Positions 11,047 through 20,744 are shown, numbered from the stretch's first letter. The stretch: 64,000 bases of DNA from Candidatus Saccharimonadales bacterium (GCA_035710125.1 DASTDY010000077.1:5401-69400); one strand, 5' to 3'. Notes: generated by a model not told the origin, from the letters alone. Translations and numbers: made by a program.

Positions 11047-11073
11047 AGAGCCCCCGACTGGGGGCTCTTGTTG
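11047..11073 (+). terminator. tsf intrinsic terminator
   Basis: AGAGCCCCC-GACT-GGGGGCTCT followed by TGTTG. Confidence 0.6.
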
Positions 11074-11117
11074 TAGAGAGTCTTCGTCGGGGGAAGTTGG
11101 GGGTTGGAGTGGTTACA

Positions 11118-11540
11118 TCAGAGAACAAACATCATCGCGCACACGCAGGCGGACAGCGTGGCCTTTCGGCCTCTGTCGGCGATGAGTGGCGCGACGGTGA
11201 GCCCTCCCGAGCGTTGGCTGCGTCGTTGGATCAACTTCGCCAGCGCCAGGGCGATGCCAGCTGCGCCAACGTGCACCAGCAACGTGAGCTTCCAGCTCCA
11301 GGTTGTGTTGCAGTGCATCCAGGCGAACAGCAGTACCTGGAACAGAACGCTTGCCTTAAGAAGGTAGCGTTTTTCGTGATGGAAGAACGTGGTGCTTTTT
11401 GTGAAATTGCCCGCCACGCGGACAATGAGCGCGATGTACGCGCTTGTACCGGCGCCGAAGATCAGCAACCAGTCAATAGCGACTACCTTTTCCCATTCCA
11501 GGCCTTGCGTCATGTTGGGCCTCGTCTTGATGATGTACAT
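11118..11540 (-). CDS. GC-rich cassette gene D1, small membrane protein
   Basis: 140-aa ORF with about 3 hydrophobic helices. Competing plus-strand ORFs look like wrong-frame products. The start is uncertain (11540 or 11513). Confidence 0.45.
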   Translation of the reverse strand: MYIIKTRPNMTQGLEWEKVVAIDWLLIFGAGTSAYIALIVRVAGNFTKSTTFFHHEKRYLLKASVLFQVLLFAWMHCNTTWSWKLTLLVHVGAAGIALALAKLIQRRSQRSGGLTVAPLIADRGRKATLSACVCAMMFVL

Positions 11541-11593
11541 CTCGGCCGCACGAATGCGGGCTCTCCAGATCGGATAGCGCTATATATTGTTGC

Positions 11594-11619
11594 ATATATT
11601 GACTAAAAAGTCAATATAT
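11594..11619. promoter_or_regulatory. perfect 26-bp palindrome (11-bp arms, AAAA spacer), operator-like
   Basis: ATATATTGACT-AAAA-AGTCAATATAT. Sits in the AT-rich promoter region of gene D1 and contains TTGACT on the minus strand. Confidence 0.5.
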
Positions 11620-11684
11620 TTTATGAGTAATTTCCTCTGTTAAGCGTCTTACACGCTGAGTAGTGTTTGCTAAGGAATGCGAAA

Positions 11685-11726
11685 CACCCTGTCGCCTGCC
11701 ATGTGGGGACGGCGGGCAACAGGGTG
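11685..11726 (-). terminator. GC-rich hairpin downstream of cassette D2
   Basis: CACCCTGTCGCCTGCC (11685-11700) pairs imperfectly with GGCGGGCAACAGGGTG (11711-11726). Confidence 0.5.
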
Positions 11727-11733
11727 CGGTTCG

Positions 11734-12291
11734 TTACGAGGCAAGAAGGGTGCGGTCGAACCTGGCGAGGCCGAGTTCGGCCTGGAATTCCAGGCCCTGC
11801 AAGGCCGGGATCGTGGTGTCGCCGCCTGCCGCTCGCCAGGCGACAAACGCAAACGCTTTCCAGCGGTTGCCCTCGATCCTGACCACCAGAACCGGCTGCA
11901 TGCCGACCGGCCTCGTGGCAAGCGGCAGGCGCTGTACCAGGCCTGGGGTTGCCTGCAACAGACCGTCTTGGCTCGTCCAGCCTGCCTGGCCAACCAGCAG
12001 CTCGTCCGCGGTGATGTCTTGCGCTGTGATGAACTCGTGCGCAAGCTGCACCGGCAGCATGTGGCGCACCGTTGCCCGTAGCCGTTTGAACGACCACGGT
12101 CTCCATGCCATCACCACTCCCCAGCAGCCTAAGCAGGCCAACAGGAAGCCGCCGATCCAGCATGCCAGCGCGGCAACCGGGGTGCTGCTGGTAGCGATGC
12201 CGGTCACGAACAACGTTGCTGCGCCACCAAAAATCGTGGTCAGCACCTTGCGGTTCGATACTTCGTCCCAGTAGGGCCACATCATGCTCAC
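11734..12291 (-). CDS. GC-rich cassette gene D2, N-terminally membrane-anchored protein
   Basis: Chosen among 7 overlapping ORFs because the minus-strand upstream carries TTGTAA-N17-TATAAT and an AAGGAG SD. Two N-terminal TM helices. Confidence 0.55.
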   Translation of the reverse strand: MSMMWPYWDEVSNRKVLTTIFGGAATLFVTGIATSSTPVAALACWIGGFLLACLGCWGVVMAWRPWSFKRLRATVRHMLPVQLAHEFITAQDITADELLVGQAGWTSQDGLLQATPGLVQRLPLATRPVGMQPVLVVRIEGNRWKAFAFVAWRAAGGDTTIPALQGLEFQAELGLARFDRTLLAS

Positions 12292-12446
12292 TCCTTGCGG
12301 TAGTAGCGGAAATGAAATTATAGTATATTATTTGCTATTTTACAAATTTTAAGGGAGCGATTCATTTTTTGTTGTTCCGGCTAGTGTTGACCGCTTGCCT
12401 AAACTTATCTAGCTCAATCTGATATAGTTACGTATAAGGAGTAAAA

Positions 12447-13001
12447 ATGTTCGATACCACCCCGTATACAACTCGCATGCAGCATGCATTGCAACACTTT
12501 GAAGACGAGCTTAAAAAAATCCGCACCGGCCGCGCCAACCCAGGAATGCTAGACGGCATTATGGTTGAGGCATACGGCCAAAAGATGCCGCTTATTCAGG
12601 TGGCGACCATTACCGTGCCCGAACCGCAACTATTACAGCTCAACCCCTTTGATCCGACCAACCTGCAGGCGATCGTGGCTGCGATCCGCGACAACCAAAC
12701 CCTTGGGCTCAATCCTAGCGACGACGGACGGCTTATCCGCGTGCCGATTCCTCCGCTCACCCAAGAACGCCGGCAACAAATTGTAAAACAACTGGGCGAA
12801 AAAATAGAAGATTGCCGCATAGCCATGCGCAATGTCCGGCACGATGCGCTTAAAGCTGCAAAAGCCAAAAAAGACGCCAAAGAACTGTCTGAAGACGACG
12901 TAAAACGGATCGAAAAATCTTTTGACGACACCATGCGCGACAACCAATCTAAGCTCGACGCCCTAGCAAAAGCCAAAGAGCAAGAGATAATGACAATCTA
13001 G
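12447..13001 (+). CDS. frr: ribosome recycling factor
   Basis: Full-length RRF-like sequence (LKKIRTGRANPGMLDGIMVEAYG...). Confidence 0.95.
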   Translation: MFDTTPYTTRMQHALQHFEDELKKIRTGRANPGMLDGIMVEAYGQKMPLIQVATITVPEPQLLQLNPFDPTNLQAIVAAIRDNQTLGLNPSDDGRLIRVPIPPLTQERRQQIVKQLGEKIEDCRIAMRNVRHDALKAAKAKKDAKELSEDDVKRIEKSFDDTMRDNQSKLDALAKAKEQEIMTI

Positions 13002-13029
13002 TGGCCTAGGGCTGCTATAATGTGCAGAT

Positions 13030-13725
13030 ATGGAAACATCAACCCTTAAGGTGGTGCCTGAACACATAGGTTTTATTGTTGACGGCAACCGCCGATGGGC
13101 AAAAAAACACGGCCTTCCAGGCTATGAGGGCCATTTGGCCGGCCATGCAGCGTTAAAAGAGGTGCTTCGGACTGCTGTGCAGCGGGGCATTAAATACGTG
13201 TCGTTTTATGTGTTTTCTAGCGAAAACTGGAAACGTTCCCAAGACGAAGTCTCGCATATCATGAACATGGCCGTGCGACTTATAAAAGACGACGTAAAAG
13301 AGCTACTTAAAGAGAATACCCGTTTGGTTGTAATCGGAAAGCGGCAAGGTTTACCCGATAAAGTTGCCCAAGCTTTCGACGATGCCGAGGCTAAAACTGC
13401 GCACTGCTCCCGCGCAACCGCATTATTTTGCTTTAACTACGGCGGGCAGCAAGAAATTGCCGATGCGGCTAGCCAATGTGCACAAGATGGCGTGCCGATT
13501 ACACCCGAATCTATCCGCGAGCGGTTATATTACCCACAGGCGCCCGACATAGACTTGGTTGTCCGTACTAGTGGCGAACAACGCTTGAGCAACTTTATGC
13601 TCTGGCGCACCTCGTACAGCGAATTTTTGTTTTTAGACACGCTTTGGCCCGATTTACGTCCGGCCGATGTTGATGTAATGTTAGAAGAATATAATAAGCG
13701 CCAGCGTCGTTTCGGAGGAAGTTAG
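13030..13725 (+). CDS. uppS: undecaprenyl-diphosphate synthase
   Basis: HIGFIVDGNRRWA, FSSENWKRS and RTSGEQRLSNFMLWR blocks. Confidence 0.95.
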   Translation: METSTLKVVPEHIGFIVDGNRRWAKKHGLPGYEGHLAGHAALKEVLRTAVQRGIKYVSFYVFSSENWKRSQDEVSHIMNMAVRLIKDDVKELLKENTRLVVIGKRQGLPDKVAQAFDDAEAKTAHCSRATALFCFNYGGQQEIADAASQCAQDGVPITPESIRERLYYPQAPDIDLVVRTSGEQRLSNFMLWRTSYSEFLFLDTLWPDLRPADVDVMLEEYNKRQRRFGGS

Positions 13726-13729
13726 CTAA

Positions 13730-14818
13730 GTGGACATCTTAATTTTTTTGTTGGGAATTTTGTTGCTTGTGGGCTTAATCGTGCTCCATGAATTCGGCCA
13801 TGCCATTGCAGCGAAACGTAACGGAGTGCAGGTAGAAGAATTCGGTATTGGATTTCCGCCAAAAGCGTGGGGCCGCAAGCTTAAAAATGGCACTGAATTT
13901 ACTCTAAACTGGCTGCCTTTGGGAGGATTTGTCAAACTAAAGGGCGAGCACGATTCGGCGCAAGGTCCGGGCACGTATGGCGGTGCATCGTTGTGGGCTA
14001 AAGTTAAAATCCTTATGGCTGGCGTCGCTATAAACTGGGCAACAGCTGTTGTAATATTTACATTTTTGGCTTTGGTAGGCATTCCAAAGTTATTGCCACA
14101 CCAATTTGCGGTGCAGGGCGACAATACTGTGGTGTCGAGCGGTGTTAAGGCGGGGTCGGTGAGTCCATCGTCACCAGCGGCGAAAGCAGGGCTCCAACAA
14201 GGCGATAAGCTAATTTCGCTCGGCGGTGAACCAGTGCAAAGCGCTGCGGGGTTTTCGCAGCAGACCGCAGCCCACGCCGGACAGACCACTATTGTTGAGT
14301 ACGAACGCGGTGGCGAAGTTAAAAAAGTAGAGGTTACGCTTAACAAAGACCGTGCCGATGGCCAAGGCCATTTGGGCGTTGGCCCAATGGAACTCACGAC
14401 GCAACGTGCAACGTGGTCGGCGCCGATAGTGGGGGTAGGCCTCACAGCCCAGCTTACCTACGAAACGTTTAAAGGCCTGGCGACCACCGTTGCAGATTTG
14501 TTCCAGGCGAAATTTGCGCAGGCAGGCGCGAACGTCGCAGGGCCAATTGGCATTGTAAATATCCTAAAAGACAGCAGTTCTTTGGGGGTGGTACCGGTGT
14601 TGTTTTTGCTAGGGGTGATCTCGCTGACACTAGCGGTTATGAACACGTTGCCAATACCTGCGCTCGATGGCGGCCGGCTTTTTGTAACGCTACTGTTCCG
14701 GGCCATAAAAAAACCGCTCACAAAAGAGCGTGAAGAATCAATTCAGTTTGCCGGTTTTATGGTGCTCATGGCGTTGTTGTTAGTAATAACTGTATTAGAT
14801 GTTAAAAGGTTCTTTTAG
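13730..14818 (+). CDS. rseP: RIP site-2 metalloprotease (M50) with PDZ domain
   Basis: HEFGHAIAA zinc motif, PDZ-like block SPAAKAGLQQGDKLISLGG, C-terminal NTLPIPALDGG. Confidence 0.85.
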   Translation: MDILIFLLGILLLVGLIVLHEFGHAIAAKRNGVQVEEFGIGFPPKAWGRKLKNGTEFTLNWLPLGGFVKLKGEHDSAQGPGTYGGASLWAKVKILMAGVAINWATAVVIFTFLALVGIPKLLPHQFAVQGDNTVVSSGVKAGSVSPSSPAAKAGLQQGDKLISLGGEPVQSAAGFSQQTAAHAGQTTIVEYERGGEVKKVEVTLNKDRADGQGHLGVGPMELTTQRATWSAPIVGVGLTAQLTYETFKGLATTVADLFQAKFAQAGANVAGPIGIVNILKDSSSLGVVPVLFLLGVISLTLAVMNTLPIPALDGGRLFVTLLFRAIKKPLTKEREESIQFAGFMVLMALLLVITVLDVKRFF

Positions 14819-15488
14819 TAAAAAATCCTGGGGGCCAATTGCTGGCGTTGTGCTAGGTTTTTTGGCTTTCAAGATTCCCGAATGGCTAATGATCGGCATA
14901 AAGCCGCTCCTTGTGCCTCTGTTACCTGTAGGTAACACCCAAACGCTTTTGCTTTATGGGGTGTTCGAGGCGCTCACGATCGGCGTGTTGTATCTTATGG
15001 TCACATGGTATTACCAAAGGTTTTCCGATATCGGCCTTGGGCGTTTTAAGCCGGACTACATTGTTAAGGCGGCGCTCGCTTTTTGTGCATATTTTGTGTT
15101 TACTTTCGCGCTTTCTAAGTTTGTAGAGCAGTTTCTTGTTATCCCAGACCAGGCACAGGAACTTGGTTTTGCAGGCCCAACAAGCCTAGAATTGGTGCTT
15201 ATTTTTGCCGCTTTGGTTGTAGTTGTGCCAATTGCCGAGGAGCTTTTGTTTAGAGGCTTTATTTTTAAAGGGGTGCGGGCAGCATTTTCTTTTCCGATTA
15301 CTGCGCTAGTGGTGAGTGTCTTATTTGCAGTGGCGCATGGCCAGCTGAATGTGGGGCTCGATGTGTTTGCGCTCAGCCTAGTGCTGTGCTACTTACGTGA
15401 AAAAACTAACAGCCTGTGGCCAGGCATATTGCTGCACGCTACCAAAAATGGCGTGGCATTCTTTCTGTTGTTTATCTATAATGGGTAA
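14799..15488 (+). CDS. CPBP family intramembrane glutamic endopeptidase (CAAX protease-like)
   Basis: EELLFRG, FAVAHG and HATKN motifs in a multi-TM protein. The start overlaps the rseP end. Confidence 0.8.
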   Translation: MLKGSFSKKSWGPIAGVVLGFLAFKIPEWLMIGIKPLLVPLLPVGNTQTLLLYGVFEALTIGVLYLMVTWYYQRFSDIGLGRFKPDYIVKAALAFCAYFVFTFALSKFVEQFLVIPDQAQELGFAGPTSLELVLIFAALVVVVPIAEELLFRGFIFKGVRAAFSFPITALVVSVLFAVAHGQLNVGLDVFALSLVLCYLREKTNSLWPGILLHATKNGVAFFLLFIYNG

Positions 15489-15588
15489 AGATATGACACA
15501 TTTGTTTATTATGCCTAATCTTCCGGCCGGCGGCCGAATATAATTTTTACCTCGTTTTTTTAATAATCTAATGTGTAGAGAATAATGT

Positions 15589-17301
15589 ATGAGAGTTTCT
15601 AAACTTTTTGGAAAACCAAGCAAAACTGAAGGTTCAGACTATAAAATTGATTCGCACCGGTTGCTCACGCAGGCTGGTTTTATTAGGGAGTCGAGCGCAG
15701 GACGTTACTATTTGTTGCCGCTCGGCTTAAAGGTACACGAAAAAATTATCGCTATTGTGCGCAAGCACATGAACAAAGCCGGCGCACAAGAGCTGGTTAT
15801 GCCAATTTTGCACCCGCTAGAGCTTTGGCAAGAGACCAACCGTACTACCACAGTTAGCTTTGAGCTCATGAAAATCACCGACCGCCGCGGCGCCGAATTC
15901 GCACTGGGCGGCACCGCAGAAGAAATGGCCGTGGATTTAATCCGCCACTTTAATATAAGCTACAAAGATTTGCCATTTAACGTGTACCAATTCAGCAATA
16001 AGTTCCGCGATGAGCTCCGTGCCCGCGGCGGCCTGCTGCGCGTTCGCGAATTTGTTATGAAAGATGCCTACAGTTTTGGCACCGAAGACCAATTTAAAGA
16101 TGTGTACCAAGGCATGTGGGACACCTACAAGGCAATCTTTAATGAGGCAGGCCTAAAAGTAGACGTGGTTGCGGCAGACAACGGCTACATTGGCGGCGAT
16201 TACTGCCACGAATTTGTAGCAGAGGCCAAGGCAGGGGAGAGCCGCTACTTTATAGATGAAAAATCTGGCTACGCTGCACACGAAGATGTCGCTACATTTA
16301 CAATCGGCGATAAAAACACAGAAGAAGCGCTTAAGCCCTTGCAACAAGTGGCTGCCGACCGCGGCCCTACCATGAAAGATGGCGAGGACTTTCATAAGCT
16401 ACCGTTGTGGCAACAAGTAAAAGATGTGCTATATTTTGACGAAGCGACCAAGCGCTACATTCTAGCTGTAATCCGTGGCGACCTAGACGTAAACGAAACC
16501 AAGCTTATGCAAGCCGCAGGCGCATGGGACTTGCGTGCGGCCACCGAAGACGAAATCCGGCACGACCTTGCCAGTGAACCTGGCTTTATATGCCCTGTGG
16601 ATTTTGTAAAACATGGCAAAAAAACCAAGTTTCCAGTGGTAATTGTGGGTGACAAATCGCTAAGGACCGCCCGCAATATGTATGGCGGCGCCAACAAGAA
16701 ACACCTGGACCACCTTAATATAAACATTGACCGTGACTACAAGGTGGACATAGAAGCCGACATAGCACTTGCCCAGGCTGGTGTGCCCAGCCCAGACGGT
16801 AATCCATTAGTAGAAAAACGCGGCATAGAAGTAGGTAATATATTCCAACTAGGATATCACTACTCCAACCTGATGGAAGGCGCAGAATACACCGACGAAT
16901 CCGGCAAACGCCAAAAATACTACATGGGCTGTTACGGTATTGGCATTGGCCGCACTTTGGCTGCAATTGTAGAGGCAAACCACGACCAAAAGGGGATTAT
17001 GTGGCCGGAAAGCGTGGCTCCGGCTAAAATATACCTTGCCCGCCTTGGCAACAATCCCGATACTACCAAAGTTGCCGATGACCTGTACCAAACACTCCTC
17101 GAAAAAAATATAGATGTGCTCTACGATGACCGTGACGCCCGCCCTGGCGAAAAGTTTGCCGACGCCGACCTCATGGGAATCCCATATCGAGTTGTAGTGA
17201 GCGACAAACTGGTGGCCGCCAAACAATTTGAGCTAAAGGCACGCTCCCAAGACGAGTTTGAACTGCTTACGCACGCCGAATTACTCCAAAAAATTAGCTA
17301 A
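15589..17301 (+). CDS. proS: prolyl-tRNA synthetase
   Basis: 570-aa class II ProRS-like sequence, including an insertion/editing-like middle region. Confidence 0.95.
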   Translation: MRVSKLFGKPSKTEGSDYKIDSHRLLTQAGFIRESSAGRYYLLPLGLKVHEKIIAIVRKHMNKAGAQELVMPILHPLELWQETNRTTTVSFELMKITDRRGAEFALGGTAEEMAVDLIRHFNISYKDLPFNVYQFSNKFRDELRARGGLLRVREFVMKDAYSFGTEDQFKDVYQGMWDTYKAIFNEAGLKVDVVAADNGYIGGDYCHEFVAEAKAGESRYFIDEKSGYAAHEDVATFTIGDKNTEEALKPLQQVAADRGPTMKDGEDFHKLPLWQQVKDVLYFDEATKRYILAVIRGDLDVNETKLMQAAGAWDLRAATEDEIRHDLASEPGFICPVDFVKHGKKTKFPVVIVGDKSLRTARNMYGGANKKHLDHLNINIDRDYKVDIEADIALAQAGVPSPDGNPLVEKRGIEVGNIFQLGYHYSNLMEGAEYTDESGKRQKYYMGCYGIGIGRTLAAIVEANHDQKGIMWPESVAPAKIYLARLGNNPDTTKVADDLYQTLLEKNIDVLYDDRDARPGEKFADADLMGIPYRVVVSDKLVAAKQFELKARSQDEFELLTHAELLQKIS

Positions 17302-17334
17302 ATAGGCAAATATATGTAACTTGTGTGTAAATTG

Positions 17335-17363
17335 TTGCATACACAAAAACAGGTTGCTATACT
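17335..17363 (+). promoter_or_regulatory. sigma70-like promoter upstream of greA (TTGCAT-N17-TATACT)
   Basis: TTGCAT at 17335-17340, 17-nt spacer, TATACT at 17358-17363. The same hexamers recur upstream of several GC-rich cassettes. Confidence 0.55.
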
Positions 17364-17476
17364 GTTGCATAAATCAGGGAAGGTGACGGAAAAACGACCA
17401 CCAAAAACAGACTCCAAATCCCTGAGTTTTACAGATTGCAACATAGTGCCGTAAGGCATAAAGAAAGAGAGACTAT

Positions 17477-17941
17477 ATGAAAAAAGCATATCAGCTAACA
17501 GCTGCTGGTAAAGCGGATCTCGAGCTAGAATTAAGTGAATTAAAGTCCCGCCGCAGTGAAATTGCCCAAAAAATAGCCGACGCCCGTGATTACGGCGACT
17601 TGAGTGAAAACTCAGAATACGCCGCAGCCCGCGACGAACAGGGCCAGGTTGAAAGCCGTATTGCAGAAATCGAAGAGATCCTGCAGAACGCAACCCTTAT
17701 TAAGGGCAGGACTAGCAAGCCAACCAAGGTTATGCTCGGTGTTCAGGTAGATTTAGAATCCGACAAAAAGAAAAAAGTAAGCTACACGATTGTGGGTTCG
17801 GTAGAAGCCGATCCGCTAGCTGGTCGCATTAGCGACGAATCGCCAATTGGCCAAGCGTTAATTGGCAAAGCGGTCGGCGACAGTGTGACTATTAAAACCC
17901 CTGGTGGCGACGCAAGTTACGCAGTGGTTGCGATTAGTTAA
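17477..17941 (+). CDS. greA: transcription elongation factor GreA
   Basis: Coiled-coil N-terminus, conserved AREYGDLSENSEYAAAR-type block, FKBP-like C-terminus. Confidence 0.95.
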   Translation: MKKAYQLTAAGKADLELELSELKSRRSEIAQKIADARDYGDLSENSEYAAARDEQGQVESRIAEIEEILQNATLIKGRTSKPTKVMLGVQVDLESDKKKKVSYTIVGSVEADPLAGRISDESPIGQALIGKAVGDSVTIKTPGGDASYAVVAIS

Positions 17942-17960
17942 GTTTTTACATAGCGGCTCT

Positions 17961-17990
17961 AAAAAGCACCCTTTAAAAAAGGTGCTTTTT
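17961..17990 (+). terminator. greA intrinsic terminator
   Basis: AAAAAGCACC-CTTTAAAAAA-GGTGCTTTTT. Confidence 0.75.
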
Positions 17991-18036
17991 AGTATATAAT
18001 TTTGCAGTTGAGTCAAGCATCACGGAAGGAAGTTTC

Positions 18037-18696
18037 GTGGAAATCAAGGTGTTGGTGTTCAGCGACTGTGGCAACGCACCCTTTTTTGAGTTCGCGCCCG
18101 ACGGCCGCCGGTACACCGAGTTCCGCTCGTTGCGGGACGTGCCGGACCGCATCAAGAAAGCGGGGGTCAGTTGCGAAATCAGCGCTACAGTGGAAACCAA
18201 CGGCTACAACCTGGGTGTGTTCGTGTACGAAGACTGGGGCAACGCCGAGGTAATCGCAACCGGCAACATGGTCCGAGTGGTGGCAGACACGGTGGAATGG
18301 GCTAACGTCGCGTTTACGCAGCACATGGGCGGTGTTGCCCAGTGGCTGCTAGAACACGGCGGGTTTGCGCCTGTCGACGTCGGTTTTGAGATCAGAGCCT
18401 ACGGCAAGGATCCCAAGCGTTACCCCTTGCAAGAGGGGGGTCAGCGGTACACCGTGTTCACTTCGACCACGGTGGCCAAGGATCTGAAGAAGCCGCTGTA
18501 CTTCCAGTACCGCTGTACATCACCTCATCGCTTCGAAAACTACGCCTTGGGTCGGTCGACTATCGAGGCCGAAGGGGGGCCGGTGGAGTTCATCAACACC
18601 GGCGTCTGCGTGATTGCCAGCGGTAAGTTGCTCAGCGATGTAGACAGCGTGTGGCAGCAGATGCTACGAGAAGCGTTCGACCAGCAGCACGGCTGA
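18037..18696 (+). CDS. array paralog 1, two-module protein of the NGYxLG module family
   Basis: GTG start after GGAAGGAAG. Module a: IKVLVFS..NGYNLG..IATGNMVRV..WANVAFTQHMGGVAQW. Module b: FEIRAYG..ENYALG..INTGVCVI. Confidence 0.7.
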   Translation: MEIKVLVFSDCGNAPFFEFAPDGRRYTEFRSLRDVPDRIKKAGVSCEISATVETNGYNLGVFVYEDWGNAEVIATGNMVRVVADTVEWANVAFTQHMGGVAQWLLEHGGFAPVDVGFEIRAYGKDPKRYPLQEGGQRYTVFTSTTVAKDLKKPLYFQYRCTSPHRFENYALGRSTIEAEGGPVEFINTGVCVIASGKLLSDVDSVWQQMLREAFDQQHG

Positions 18697-18703
18697 CTCA
18701 CGC

Positions 18704-18739
18704 GCGGTGCGGCACGGTTTCTGACCGGTGCCGCACCGC
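18704..18739 (+). terminator. 12-bp perfect hairpin after array paralog 1
   Basis: GCGGTGCGGCAC (18704-18715) pairs with GTGCCGCACCGC (18728-18739). Confidence 0.6.
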
Positions 18740-18782
18740 AAGTGTCATGCAATTAATCCCACGAGAGACCAGGATGGGCGAC

Positions 18783-19457
18783 ATGTTTGTGAAGGTCCGC
18801 GTTTTTGGCCCCGAGGGCCACCGTGCGTTCAAGGACGGCAACGAGCACGGCAGCTTCAAGGACTATGCCGGCTTGGAGCTGGTGCCGGGCGTGATCCAGA
18901 AGGTGGCGATCATGTATCAAGTGGTTGCCATGGTCGCGCGCAACGGCTACAACCTGGGCACGCTGCCATCGCCGGTGAACCCGTCGGTGATGGTGACAGC
19001 CACAGGCGACCGAGTGACCTTTACGGCACTCGATCTGGACACCGCCTTCAAGGTGTGGAACCACCACGCCGAGGAGATGGGTAAGTGGATGCAGGGCATC
19101 CAGCGGGTGGAGTTCAACCTGGGTACGCCTTTCGAGATCCGTGCCTACGGTGAGAACCCCATGGTCTATCCACACATCGACTGCGGCCAGCAGTACGCGG
19201 CCGTCAAGACGTTCGGCGAGGCGGCGCGCTTCAAGGACGCCACGTTTTTCCGCGTAGGAAGCATCGTGCCGCTCAACTACCACACGTTCGGTGTGAGCCT
19301 GTGTGGCGAGAACGGCGATGTAGAGGTGATCCACACCGGCAACTGGCTGGTCGTGGGCGCTTCGTCGCTGGAGGCAGCCAAGCAGGCGTTCAACGACGTG
19401 ATGCTCAAGCTGCACGCCTGCGTGGTAGACGAACACGCCGCGAAGCAACTGCTGTGA
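18783..19457 (+). CDS. array paralog 2, two-module protein
   Basis: MFVKVRVFG..NGYNLG..VTATGDRVTF..AFKVWNHHAEEMGKW, then FEIRAYG..LNYHTFG..IHTGNWLVV. Start chosen by analogy to paralogs 3 and 4. The in-frame ATG at 18774 is also possible. No clear AT-rich promoter of its own. Confidence 0.65.
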   Translation: MFVKVRVFGPEGHRAFKDGNEHGSFKDYAGLELVPGVIQKVAIMYQVVAMVARNGYNLGTLPSPVNPSVMVTATGDRVTFTALDLDTAFKVWNHHAEEMGKWMQGIQRVEFNLGTPFEIRAYGENPMVYPHIDCGQQYAAVKTFGEAARFKDATFFRVGSIVPLNYHTFGVSLCGENGDVEVIHTGNWLVVGASSLEAAKQAFNDVMLKLHACVVDEHAAKQLL

Positions 19458-19478
19458 CGGGCTGATTCAACGCTGGGC

Positions 19479-19505
19479 GGGTGTCAGGCGTTCTGTCTGA
19501 CACCC
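19479..19505 (+). terminator. hairpin after array paralog 2
   Basis: GGGTGTCAG (19479-19487) pairs with CTGACACCC (19497-19505). Confidence 0.6.
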
Positions 19506-19631
19506 ACTCACATCCCTTTTTATCATTTTTTGTGTGTAACGAGCTGCCATCTTGCTTAAGCTGGCAGATTTTATTTTTAGTGTTATAATATTCCATCGAG
19601 TCATTACACCTATGCAAGGGAAGTGATCGGC

Positions 19632-20744
19632 ATGTTTGCTATTGTCCGTGCGTTTGGTAAGTACGACGGCGTTGTGTTCAAGAGGAAGGCCAGCGGCGGC
19701 GGCCCGATGCAGTGCTACGTGGATTTCGTGAGCTTCGAGGCCGTCACCGAGGCAGCAAAAGCCGCCGCGGATTACTACGAGGTCACTTTTGCTGTCGCAG
19801 CCAACGGCTACCGCTTGGGCACACACCCAGCGCCCAACCACCCTAGCGTTGAGGTGTCGGCCACCGGTGACCAAGTGGTTTTTACCACGACCAACTTTGA
19901 TACTGCCAAAGCGGTGTGGAACGACCACGCCGCTGGAATGGCTGTCTGGTTGGAGGACTACGGTAGGCCAGAGTTCCACTTTGGCGAGTTGTTTGAGGTG
20001 CGCGTGTGCGGCGTTCGAGCCGACCTTCCCAAGAAAGGCGATGCCTACAAGTATCTCTGCTGCGGCTCGTTCGGCGAGGCCGCCGAATACAGCGACACCG
20101 CAGAGTTCTTCGAAGTGCGCACGGTGATGGAGGCCAACGGCTACCGCATGGGATCCTACGCCATCGGCTCAGGAGACCAAGCGGTTGACGTGACCGCAAC
20201 GCCGATGGGCCTTGTGGTCACTGGCATGGACCTGGCATCGGTGCAAGCGGCATGGACCGACCACATGGCCGGTTACCAGCAGTACGTGGAGCAATCCAAG
20301 CTGGTTGCCCGCGAGGTGACAGGTATGCGGATCAGCGTGTTCAGCAATCGCCCGCACACCATGTTGCCGTTTAGGCAAGGGAGCGGCCACTTTGGGGTTT
20401 TCGATGGCCTTACCGGCCTGCCGGAAGCACTGATCGGTGAAGGGTCGGATGATGAGTTTTCTTACAGCATCGAATCGCCTGCGCCGAGTAACCCCTTCTT
20501 GCTTGGCATGCACATACTCACGAAGGACGCAGAGGAAGGGTCTCCCAACGCCACACTGGTGGCTACAAACGCCGTCTTCAAGGTTGTGTCGTCTAGCTAT
20601 GCGTTTGCCCTGGTCGTATGGAATTGCTATCAGGTCACGATGAACGGTACGCATGTGGAGATGTCCCAAGAGGCGAGCCGGCGGCTCTTTGAGCTCTGCC
20701 GGAACACGGCTATCCTTGCTGAGCAGGCTGACCAACAGGGCTGA
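19632..20744 (+). CDS. array paralog 3, three-module protein
   Basis: AAGGGAAG SD, then ATG (MFAIVRAFG). Modules contain NGYRLG..SATGDQVVF..AVWNDHAAGMAVW, then FEVRVCG..NGYRMG..VTATPMGLVV..AAWTDHMAGY, then MRISVFS..FLLG..VATNAVFKV. TATAAT at about 19593. Confidence 0.7.
   Translation: MFAIVRAFGKYDGVVFKRKASGGGPMQCYVDFVSFEAVTEAAKAAADYYEVTFAVAANGYRLGTHPAPNHPSVEVSATGDQVVFTTTNFDTAKAVWNDHAAGMAVWLEDYGRPEFHFGELFEVRVCGVRADLPKKGDAYKYLCCGSFGEAAEYSDTAEFFEVRTVMEANGYRMGSYAIGSGDQAVDVTATPMGLVVTGMDLASVQAAWTDHMAGYQQYVEQSKLVAREVTGMRISVFSNRPHTMLPFRQGSGHFGVFDGLTGLPEALIGEGSDDEFSYSIESPAPSNPFLLGMHILTKDAEEGSPNATLVATNAVFKVVSSSYAFALVVWNCYQVTMNGTHVEMSQEASRRLFELCRNTAILAEQADQQG

Noticed and set aside
11621-12280. Six alternative ORFs overlapping 11734..12291
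   Set aside because: They are Arg/Pro/Gly/Ala-rich and lack expression signals. The chosen frame has TTGTAA-N17-TATAAT, AAGGAG and TM helices.
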